Positions 39,101 through 51,100 of a stretch of DNA of 64,000 nucleotides are shown piece after piece (position 1 is the stretch's first letter; each line of letters opens with the position of its first letter). Source of the stretch: Phoronis australis (lineage: Eukaryota; Animalia; Phoronida); contig NMRA01000354.1 of the NCBI GenBank assembly GCA_002633005.1, positions 124,001 to 188,000 of the forward strand, in the 5' to 3' direction. The notes under the pieces were generated by a model, which saw only the letters and a program-made list of their open reading frames with translations, had not been told where the DNA came from and ran no database searches. The position numbers and the translations under genes were made by a program.

Positions 39101-42100
39101 CAAAAAATGTAGTCAGCCTTGAATAGGGGAACATCTAATGTTATATAACTGGCGACTTTCAAGCTCTAGTTAAAGATAAAGTTGATGTATAATTTACATA
39201 TGTGTTATAAACTTTAATCTTGTTTGATTTTAATTTAGAATTCTAATCCTAATTCCCTGTTTGTCCAAAATTAACTATTTTCCTAGTCGTTATTATAGCC
39301 ATCTTTTTACTTTTTTGACTTGACAGAATGAAACTGTCTGTACTTGACATTTCTGCTAATTACCCTTTTCCACAGGCCACCTGTGAGAAAGTTTTGTTAG
39401 GATGGCTGTGGTAAGTGTTCTATTGTGGTTTCACTTCCACTCCATTTTCTCTGATCTCTTGTAAAACTCACCACAGTTTCATTGTGTGTGACACTTGGGT
39501 AATCCCTGCCCCACCATGGCTGAATTGACAGCAGGGCTCCTGGAGTTCAGCTTTGATTACCTGTGGAGATAATCCCTTTCATCTTCCAAGTCAGCCAGCT
39601 GCCCCCAGGACTCATGTGGCTGGGGTTCAGTCACACAGCCCAAGCAGTGGCTTTTATTGTCCTGTGCTAGGGTCTAGATTGTATTAAAATTCTGTGTGAT
39701 TTTTCCAGTGCAGATAGTCAATGGTGCACTTTCAACAGAGTTTGATCTGTTAGAACAATAAAACTTAAAACAGTTTAGTCACCGACCACAGTGTACTGTA
39801 TTTAGTATGTATTTTACTTGTACAAAAATGATTACCGAAAGAAATTGTCATTTTTGTATTTTTAAGGGCTGGTTACCTTGCTGCAGTTAATGGAAAGTTT
39901 TCCAAATTTAGCTTTATGATATCTACCAAGTACAAAGAATTGACTATAAATTTTGTAACCGTTTTTGATGATAGATTTAACAAAATAATAGAGGATAAAA
40001 TACAATAGATGTAAAACATGCTTTAGCCAAAGGCTAATATACAGCATGGTCCTGTGTAGCAAAAATTAAATAAGTTAAGCTAGATAAATAGATAAATAAA
40101 TTAAATTAAGTTACATTGAATTGAATAGTATTTACAAATTGGATTTACAGACATCAACAACATCAGTGTATGCTGAATCCATATGTCCATAATATGAGCA
40201 TTTAAATCAAAGCTTCTGTCTGGATAGATCCCATTATTTAATATTTGCACATTTTCTCGAGTATCATTTTTGGAAACCAGCAAAATGCCACCGATCATGT
40301 TCTGAATTGAATTTGGGTCGTTAAATAAAATTGATGCATGAAAAGAAGGTATGTTAATTTGTCAGCTTTAAATGTAAATGAAAATCGTGTTACAATATTC
40401 TTAGAAATATTTTTATGTTTAAATTTTCAAAAAGTACAATTATTTTTTGATAATGCCAGGTTTTGTGGGAAATGCTTATGATATGCTCAAATGAAAATGA
40501 TAAATGAAAAATAATGGTTTAGTTACAGTATTATTTTTTTGTTCTTAAGTCTGTGAAAGTAATGACTGTTTGCTTTGTTTTATATACTTTTGGTCTAATT
40601 TGGATTAAAATACTGGTATGATTTTTCAAGTATTTATATTGAAATAACGAGTTTACCTAACAATGTTCATCCAATCTCTCTGAAAGTGTTAACTATTTCT
40701 TATGTCTGTGTAACAGCAGAGAAGTTTTGCATCGTAATTTAAATATCTTTTATGTCTGCATAACATTATCAAAATGAATCATCCTGAAAAAGTAAACTAA
40801 AGGATCCAAATTCAACCAAACAGGGTTCTATTTATTTATCTATAAAATTGCATTTTCCTAGACCACAACATTCAAAACCCCCACCACTTGGATCCTGGAT
40901 CCAAACTCTAACCATTCAACCAATCAGCTTTCAAGTTATTCATCCAATCAGGTCACAAGTCTATTCAGTCAAAGCACCTTATATAGGCACTGACACTATA
41001 TTTCCAAGTTCAGTGTTGCACTTGAGGAAAGTGAGTGTTCTGTAAGGCATGGAAAATCTACGTAGAGCTGTGGTTGAACTGTTCTCCAGAAAGAACTATC
41101 AGTCAGAATCTGAGCACAGAACTATGATGGAGGACAATCGGACGTCATGTTTGAAGCATTCAACAAGTGCCTTTCAGCCGGGTCAGAGGATAGAGATAGT
41201 GGATCATACGCCAAAAGCTTTGTGTACAGGAACAATCCTATGGACTGATGGCCAGGATCATTATATCGTTGAGTTACCTGACGGCACAAAAGTACAGACA
41301 AGCAGAAGTTATCTCCGCGAAGTGAAACGTGTGAGATTTGCAGACATTCCTAAGTCACGCAACAGTTCTGAAGGACCCGTGAAAGCAAGTGCAACTGATC
41401 GTCATTTTATCAAGTCTGACAAAAGGGAAAATGTGATCTACATAAACAGGCAGTTGAGGCGTTCATTGCCGCCGCGACAATATGTCATATGGCACGGGAA
41501 GCGTTACGGCACAATTCCAAAGAAGACGTGAGGTCATGAGGCCTGATTGACAATAAGTGCTATTTGCAATCTCTATAATACTGCAGACTTAACTGTATTA
41601 GCAGTGAACAGGAACTATTTTTTGTGTATTCACTATCCACATCCCTACCAGTAAATTTATTTTAATTGTTTTAAGCACAACATAGTTTTATGTGAACAGA
41701 TCTCTGAAATTTACTGTTTTGTATTTTATCGTATTCCTAGATTGTAAAATGCATTTTTAAGTGCCATGTCAGCATGCGGTGTTTTGATAACTAGTTTACA
41801 CTCGTCTTTTGCAATAAATTTCCAAACTGAAAAATGGATCGTTTTGTTATTGGTTGTCCTCTGTTTTTGGAATGGAGGTTTGTGAAGGGGCTTGATCCAA
41901 ATTGTTTATTCAGAGCAGTCTGACCACAATCTCTCCTGGGCAGTGCTTGAACCACAGAAACTCTTGGCAGGTATAAGGATACTACTCCTTACTGTAGTAC
42001 ATTTCAAAGGGGTTGGAAAGGTGCCTGTGGTTAAACCTAGCATATAAAATACTGTTAAATCTCACCAATGTGTGACACGGTGAGGTGGACGGGTGAAATT

Positions 42101-45100
42101 TTATTTTCTCATCTTTATAAACCATTGTACTAAAAAGATGCTTTGTCGTATTCACGATCTGACAATAGACAAAGTTTTGGAAAATTAAGGGCATTCACAT
42201 CGATGCTAGCAGCCATTAACGATTATTTTTACCGGAAATTGGTAAGATTTTGTCGTCATTGCATAACGAATTTGAATCCCAGGTTGAATATACGAAAGTA
42301 TAGTTTAATTTTGATTTATGTTTGTCGATTTCTACCTGAAGATTAGACATATCCAGTTCTGCAATAGAGCTGTCTTTTCATATATTTATGTAATGTCTCG
42401 TGGTAATCTGGCTCTATTGTTGCTCTTTGGAAGATGCAGAAGTTGGAGTTCCTGTTTACTGCAGTCCCAATCTTGATTGGAATTCCTATTTCCTCAAAGT
42501 CAATTTTCTCCCTGCCAGTTGTCAGTATCCAACTAGGACAATTACTGTTCATATTACTCCCAGGTATCCAACAATACATTACATAGCCTGCTCTGGTAAT
42601 TGCCTGTAAATTTGCTTACATAACAAGTGATTACTGGTCATTTCCTGGGCATTGCACTGGCATGGCCCCAAAGCATGGTTTGGTTTCATTGCAGGCCTTT
42701 GTTATGGCTTGCTTTGTATTTCAATTCTGTGTCTTCACTATCTTGTTTGGTGCAAAAATAAGCGCTGAATTGGCAGTTTTTAGTTTTAAAGCTAATATCA
42801 TTATGACCAATAAACAGCAAGAACAACAAAGTAAAATGAATGTAGTTATGTTTGTTTAGGAAATTCATGAAAAAAATGCCATTGTTCAGTCATACTGCTG
42901 TGTGTGACCTTTGTTAATTGATACTGAATGTTACCTCGTGTAATGTTTGCCCAAAAGTTAACAGATATTTTCTGAAAATTGTATTTTATGATTTTGTAAA
43001 ACTGGTCATAATGATGGCCAAAATTATGGTTGATCATTTATATTTTATATCCTCCCCGTTTGAATGAAATTCTTAGAAAATGTTGTCAGAACTTACGTGA
43101 TATACTGTGTTTGTAAACTGAGGAGCATTCACCGTAATTCAGGGCCGGCGTTGAATCTCCTTACTCTAACTTGAAATTATTTCTGGCATTTTGTATTCTA
43201 CTTTTGTGCAAACTCTATTAATTTGTGCTTGAGTACATTATGGTTTATGTAGATGAGTTCCCAGTCTAAGTTTCGCACCTGATGACCCATAGATTCGAGC
43301 TACAAACTCTAGTGACAACATTTTTTGAGTTCAGACTTTAAGCCTTACGGTATATGCTTGGGTCGTCAAATGCAAAACAGGAATCGAAAGTTATTCACAC
43401 AGTCAAGATAAGATGCACTCGAGTGTAGAATAATAGACACTTCCCTTGAGTTCGCACAAAAGCAGAATGGATAACTTCAAAAATAATTATGATTCCATGT
43501 AAAATGATTAAATGCTGGGAGCTGTGTTGTGGTGAACTATTTCGAATAAAATTGTGAATAATATTTGATTTGAAGATTGCTGACTATCAAGGCAAGGAAT
43601 GGACTGCTCGAGTAGAACTTGGACTGAAGTTACAGAGCCAAGACTTACATGTGTGGACATTCGAAGCTTACGAGGGCTCCGAGAAGCTGTCTTTGGTACG
43701 TGTGCATGATAGTTGTTCGTGCTTCATCACAGTTTCACATTTTGTGAAGTTTTGTCGTTAAAACACTGAATCTTATGGAAACTATAAAATTTTCAAAGTA
43801 GGGTTTTAGTCTTTATCAGTTTTTGAAGTTGAAAGTCTGCCTTGGTCTATTGTGCCTAAGGCCAATATCAAACGTATTTTTGCTTTTTTAAATCCAAAAT
43901 AATTTCAAGATTTGTATCAAATGTATATTCAAAACGTCTGTTGTGCTAGTTACCAAGCATTTTTGCTTGCTGAATGCTCTCATCCATTTGGAAGACACAT
44001 AGTGTCTATTTCACATAAACATGGTAGTAATGCGTGCTCTGTATAATGAGAAATTAGTTGCCTGTTCCTATAGATACAGCAATCAGTGCGACTGTGTATT
44101 TTGCTCAGTCAGGTAATTAGTGTAAATCAGTGCAATGTCTGAAAACACCCTTGGCTTCTGATTAGGCAATGTCTGACTTAGGCTTTGTACAATAGCTCTC
44201 AGATGGAGATCAACTGTCTGTCTCAAGTGAAGTGTACCTTGCACTATTGTTACTGACCCCCCCCCCCCTTCCGAACACATTGATCTGTGAACTGCATTGA
44301 TAGTAATCAGCCTAAATGTAGTGCACCCAATTACAATGAGCCAATGAAAGACCTTTGTTGTTGTCAGGTGGTGCAACAGAAACTAATAAGCTAAGCATGT
44401 GGCTCATCTGGCCCACATAATATGAATAGAAAAGAAATCCAACAAGCAAGGCAAAATCCTCAGGGCTCAGTTTGCTGCAGACTTGAGCTATGATCTGAGC
44501 TCATTCGTATTCAAGGCACTTAGCTCTTCGTCTGCGCTGGCCCTCAGCCTTTACCAACCTCAGTTTACTTCTGATCTTACAGGATCTTGGTGTACAAGTG
44601 ATTCAGAATCAAGGTACCCTGGACTTGACTTTGTACTCCCCCTATTGGATGATTAACAAGACTGGGATGGACCTCGTCTACAAGGTTTGTACAGATTTTG
44701 AAATTCCAAATGTTTGGGAAGTGCTGGGCCCTATTGCAGAGGATCGTAATGCATACGCTAAGAATTTGTTGAAGTTGGAGGATGTGGAAAATATCCTCAA
44801 TAAAGCCAAGCAACAGCCATGTGACAGTTCGAGATGGCGAATGCCACTTAGCTGATTCATAGTATGCAAGTGCGCCAAAGGTAATTAGGTGAATCCAAAT
44901 CTTCCCCACAACACATAGAATGCTAAACTGGTAATTATAAAAGGTAAAGCTCTCTTAAACCACCAGTCTACTCCTGATGTTAATGTTAACTGAATGAATG
45001 TATTATATCACTGCTGAGTAATGGTCACCAAATTTGTTTCATAAACCATATGTAGGGGTGTTTCCAAGTGTGAGGGAAAATGAGAGTTTCGTTCATACCA

Positions 45101-48100
45101 GGGTTCCTTGCTCTCCAGAATCTGTTCTAATTGCTCTTTGGCCAAGTGTTTCAACAATTTGTAGATAACTGACCGTCTTTGTTACCAAGGATATTTTTAA
45201 GTATGAATTGTAACCCACTAATTTGTATATTTCTGAATTGTTGATGATCAAGGAAACTTGTTATTCAGGGTTTTGTAAAGAAATTCCATGGGCTTGAAAG
45301 TAACACAATATTTTTTAATATCTTTTGGCTTATTTCTTAAAATAAGTTTCATCCTTGGTAACGAAGGTTGCTTGTTGCCATAACAACGGCACAAGTGGAG
45401 ATTCTGTAATTTTCAGCTTGCATTACTTGTACTACGATATTCAAATTCAAAGTTCAACTTATTACGGTAAAGTTTCTTCAAATTAGAAGACAATGTGGTA
45501 GAACATCGAAATTTTATTTCATCAAAATATGTAACAAAACTAAACACAAAGATAATTTTACATGATTATTCGAAAATTGTATATAGTACGACTGTCACCA
45601 ACAAACACGTGATGAAATTTTGAACATTTTCGCAATACATTGAGTGTTTGGAAAATGAAAATATGACAATTTTGGCTATTATTTTTGTTCGAATTTGATT
45701 ATAGGGTACACTGATATAGACTTTAAACTATGATTCAAGTTTGATCAATACTCACAAGCTTGTAGTGTCGTGTTTTTTTTTTCAAACCCCCAGTGCCAGT
45801 AATTCAATCTTGGGAGCTGAGATTTCTTGCACAGCTATCTGATTATGTCTGAACTATGCACTAGTAGAACTGAAAACAAAGGTTGACATCCTGGTGTCTC
45901 TGTTGTGAACATTTCACCAGAGTCACACAGATGTTTTGAACTTTCGTCATTAATTTAAATAATGAAATTGGCAATGAAACAATAAACAGTTAACTGCATG
46001 TTTATTCTTTTCAATTTGCAGTGATATTTGACAAGAACTGACTCAGGAGAAATCCTGTCATTTTTCAAGAACTAATGCCTTCATAGATTCGTTATGTCTT
46101 CGCTTATGACACAGGCAGCAGATACAATTTCTGATTTTCTAAGCCCAGCATTTTCTCAAATGTTGCATAAAAGTAATTTTGTTCAAGAATAATTTTTTGC
46201 ACTAAAATAATTGCAATTCCGGTTTTTCCAAGGCATTACGCTAAATACATTCATTTGGTAAAAAGATTTTTTAGTCTTCATTTTTGCCGACTATTTTGTC
46301 AAAGTAAGACTCCGCTAGTTGTCCACCTAGTTAAAGAGCATTAACACATGCACTTCTTTCTTGTTTTCACTGTCCATATAATAGTGTTAAACTGATTCTC
46401 CTAGTTTTGTTGCCCATTATCAATAAATGTTTGTAATCACAACGAATAATTCATGAGTTTCTGCATAACTTTCGTCAGCACTACTTCAGGCAGGTGGTGT
46501 GGTAACCTGTAGCTCTGACGACGAAGAGCATGACGAGTTTGAAATGGTTTGTCTTTCCCATTTGACCCTTCTGTGTAGTTCTTTCAAGATCAAGCAATAT
46601 GAGTTTGCTCGACCAGGTTTAAAGGGAATATTTCAAGGAGCTTTGAGGACTTGGGATCACATTTCAGGAATTTTGCCTTGAAGTCGCTTGCCATAACTTT
46701 AATTTATTTATATTTTTATTTGTTTATTGAGAGCAGAGCTGATCTGTTGTGGTTATTATTTCCTTTTTTTACTGAGTGCATTATGATTCATTTGTATTTA
46801 TTCTCTTGTGAGTGTGTTTGTGTTTTGATTATTGTTGATGGTTGCATTTTTGGTGGAACATCTAAAGTTATAGTATTGTTTATTTTTGGTACATCTGTTC
46901 AAGCCACAATACGTAGTTCAAGTCAAAATTACCCTAATTCATTCTTGTAAATTAAGACATTTCCAGTGAACATCGTTCCATCCATGGTGTAGGTGTGCAA
47001 AATTACATTTCATAGATTGAGCTTCAAATTGTGTTAAAGGGGGTGCTTTATGTGGCTGTAAGCATGTTACTTTTGTTGTCACTTAGACAAGGCACATGTT
47101 ATCATTACAAGCTCTTGCACAGCACGAGAACGTCATTCTGAAAGACGAACACGTGTTAGTGTCAATTGGAGTGAGAATAAAGCAAGTGTCACTCTACTTT
47201 CAGAGCTCAGACGGCGATGCCTTGTTCACTCATCCTTCATCATTCGATGATGCCGTTATGTTCTCATTCAAGCCTAAATCTTTCTTTGGCAAGAAGAAGG
47301 TAGGAGTTATGAAGTTCTTGTACACAACTGAAGTTCTGGGGAGTTAAACTGCAGTGAAATTTGATAGTGGAGTTTTCATTCAGAACACGCTGCTTCAGTT
47401 GTGGCACGGAATTTTCAAAAATAAGAAAATGACGTTTCAATAGTCAACCAGTCTTTTTCAAGAAGTTTATAAAACTAAAAGAATACCATTGTTTTGATTT
47501 GATAGAACATTGAAGTGCAAGACCATCAAAAATTAATTTTGGTTATCTGTATGATAAATGTCTTTTTTTGCATTTCCACGTTGCCATAGTTATTGAGAAG
47601 AAGGTTTTAGAAGAAACATAATAACTATAGTCAGTTATATTTATGTGAATATTGCAAAGCTTTATGCCCATTTTCATCGTTAGTGAGCTCTTGATATGCC
47701 ACATGCTGTGCTCAATCTGAGCGTTCTTTAGACACTGCCGCTAACTGCTTTGCAGGCGTCTCTGAAAGTCCTGGATTCTGACTGGTCAGACAAGTTTTCT
47801 CTCGACACAGTGGGCAGTTCTGGTAAAGTCACCTGCAAATCCACAACTATACCGTTTGAGGTAAACATCTCTTGTCAAGAATTTATGAGTTTTTTCTATG
47901 TTAGTTGTTATTTTGTTATGCGCCCACATATTTATATGTGGACGCATTATGCCGTCATCTCCGTCCGTCCGTCCGGGCGGCGTCCGTCCGGCGTCCGGTG
48001 TCTGGCGTCCGGCGTCCGCTGCTCTATCTCCAAAACCCTTTGACATACGTTCATGAAATTTGGCACATATGTTCCATTCATGAATGGGACGGCATGTGCG

Positions 48101-51100
48101 AACTTTCGGACGGATCCGACTACCTGTGTGCCCCCTAGTGGCAATTTTAATTTTTTACGCTTACCTTTGTATCTTCAAAAGTCCTGAACGGATTTTCATG
48201 AAATTTGGTATGTAGGCACCTAGTAGTGAGATGACGCTATCCTGCCGTTTTCAGATGGATTCAACATAGTTTGCGCCACGTAGTGGCCATTTTTAGTGTT
48301 TTCGAGTCTGTTTTTGTGCGTCCACCCCTCTATCAACCAAACCGCTCAAAGGATGATTGTGAAAATTGGCGTGTATGTGCTTACTATAAGGAAGACAGCT
48401 GACAATGATTTTCAGATGATTTGGACTACTGTGGCGCCTCCTACTGGTAGTTTTGTTTTTTTTGCGCCCATGGCTGTATCTCCCAAACCGTTTGCAGGAT
48501 CTTTACTAAATTTAGCAAGTGTATTTATGTGATGTTGACAACGGACGATGACGACTTTAGGATGATTCTGACTACCGGTATTCCTCTAGTGGCAATTTTA
48601 GTATTTGCCTCTAGTGGCAATTTTAGTATTTTACATTGACCTCTGTATTTTCTTCAGGTGTGTACTTTGTGTTACTTCGTGACTATGAAGGATAAGTTCC
48701 AAGTAGAAATTTGTTTCTGGCATTCTAATGCTGTGCTAATCTCGTATGTTGGTAAATTTGTTTTTAATTCTATGTTTCTGTGGTGCTTTAAGCAACTGGT
48801 GTATAGGATGTGCTTGTATTATGAAGATTACTCACATTTTGCCCCTAGCCTATTGAGGAGACAAGTACCATGCCTTTCCATTTTGCAAAGTACAACATAC
48901 TACATATATGCCCTCTACTGGCCACTTTATGGTACCAATAAACAACCCTAGAAGGATACCGTATACGGTGCAATTGTGGGCGCATTTCAACGCTCTGCGT
49001 TGCTCTTGTTTTAGACGTGATTGAATTGAAATTTCCTTTTGCTGAATAGTTATCATGTTATTTGTTTTGTTTTACTGAAAGTTGCTTTTTCTATATGCCT
49101 ATTATTGCAACTTAAAGTTAACAATCATGGTATTTATCAACTTTAACACTTCAGTATGTACATATTGTATTTCTTTATCACTACTTTTAGGCCTTTTGAT
49201 TTCCGACATTTTTAACTTTTTTGAACATGGATTTTTCTTTTGCGCATAGGTCGATTCGCATGTCTCTTATTTTAAAGGTCAAAGGGAGCCGTGTCTCAGA
49301 TTTTTTGATTTTCTTCGACCAACAGGGAATTGATGATGTCATTAAAATGAAATTTAGGATTTACTTGGTCCAGAACTGACAAACACCCCACTTGTTGATC
49401 GGCACGTTTGGCAGAGGATGGGAAAGTCGTCAAAATGCCCACTTGCATTGAAATGTATTCGAAACTTATCGGTAACATACTCCTTATACTTGCAGATTGG
49501 AGTCACTATTACTCTCGCCAATTCTGGCCTGACCAAGATCGTAGTCTTCACTCCCTACTACATGGTCATAAACAAGTCACGTGTAAGTAGAGTACATGAC
49601 AGTATCTGTCAGGGTGTAGTTTCAAACAATTTTTGAGCTCTTTCCAACCTGGATTAATTTTGAAATTTAAGTAAAAATTGTGGATTAGTCATTTTATGTC
49701 CCATATGTTGTTGTATACATTTTTAGACACTGATCTGACTTTTTTGTTGATCCGTTAATGAAAAATCATCGGAACACATACTATTGCTTATTCAACATCA
49801 GTGCAATTTTTGCTTGTTGACGTGGTTTCATTAGTGCATTGGAAAAAGGATGCAAACATCAGTATTTCAATCCAATATGTCACTCTCATGCAATTGTTGT
49901 GGTTGGAAACATATTGTTATGTCTTCACTATAGAGACATCTATTGGTAGTTGGCAGTCCTACAGAAATTTCTGGGTGCCTCCACATTTGGTAGAGTGGCT
50001 AGATTAGGTTAATGTTGAAAAGACTACATTGAAATTTACAATTGAAGAACATGAAATATGCTTTGCATTTTGACAAAAGTGTGCTGTTCATGTTGCATTC
50101 AGTAAAAATTCTTCAGTTTGATATACAATATGGCAGACGAGTGAAAATTCATTTTGTCAAATTTCTCAACAAAGATAGCAGAAAGAAAATTTAATTTGCT
50201 TTAAGCATGGTTTGTATGGCATAGCTATTACCAAGCAACATTTGGCAATGAGCATTTGCAACAATGTGATGAGCCTCTGAAAAATAGAAATGTGGTAATT
50301 TTAGCAATTAATTTTGTGCAAATTGATCAATTCTTACGGTAACCCTAACTGGAATACGCTCTATGATGGTTTGTATGTTGGACTGTAGCAGCAGACGTTT
50401 TACGAGAAATTGATGTAAGTCAAATATAAAAAAGTGAAACATTGATTTGTCGACAACTGTAGCTACCACTTCTGATTATTTTGATGGAGATTTCTCGTTA
50501 CTTTCCTAACTATGAAAATGTGGTAATTTCTTTTGTCATGGAGTGAATGCATGCTTATGGTACAGTTCTGTTGCAGATGGGACTGTCGTGTACAGAAGCT
50601 ATAGACGGCAGTTTATTATGGACAGAAGTACCTGCTGGAGAGGTAGGGCAGTATATTGATGGAAATGTGAAACTAAAAAGCATTTCAGTATCCATTCAGG
50701 GCTGGAATATTCAGAACCCATAGGGGGTTATAAAACAATTATCTTCTCAGTCAGAACACTAAACCTTTGTCAAGCTGTGTTTAGTCAGACAGTGCAACTG
50801 GGGCAGTTATATGACGAAGAGCAGGGATTACTTAGAACTGGTTTCACTGACCTTGTATGTCAAGTTCAAAACTTCCATTGTGTGTAACATGCATGATACC
50901 CTAAAGTTCTAAACCACAATATGAACTAGTTACTCCATTCAATCCCAATCTCAAAATCTGCATCATGTTGTACAGCTTATTTAAGAAAGCTTTTTAACTG
51001 AAATAACATTATGGTTGAATCTGGTTAATATTCAAGCCTATTTCAGTGTGTATTTATTTAAAGCCAGTCACCTTTTAAAAGTTCGTTTGTTCTATCACAT

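Noticed and set aside
38400-42610. Coding-like minus-strand patches (about 38700-38900, 39470-39660, 42340-42606) suggesting a decayed antisense gene or a large transposon around the nested ORF
   Set aside because: No recognisable motif or continuous frame, and only weak AT-rich inverted similarity at the putative ends. BLASTx would be needed to settle it.
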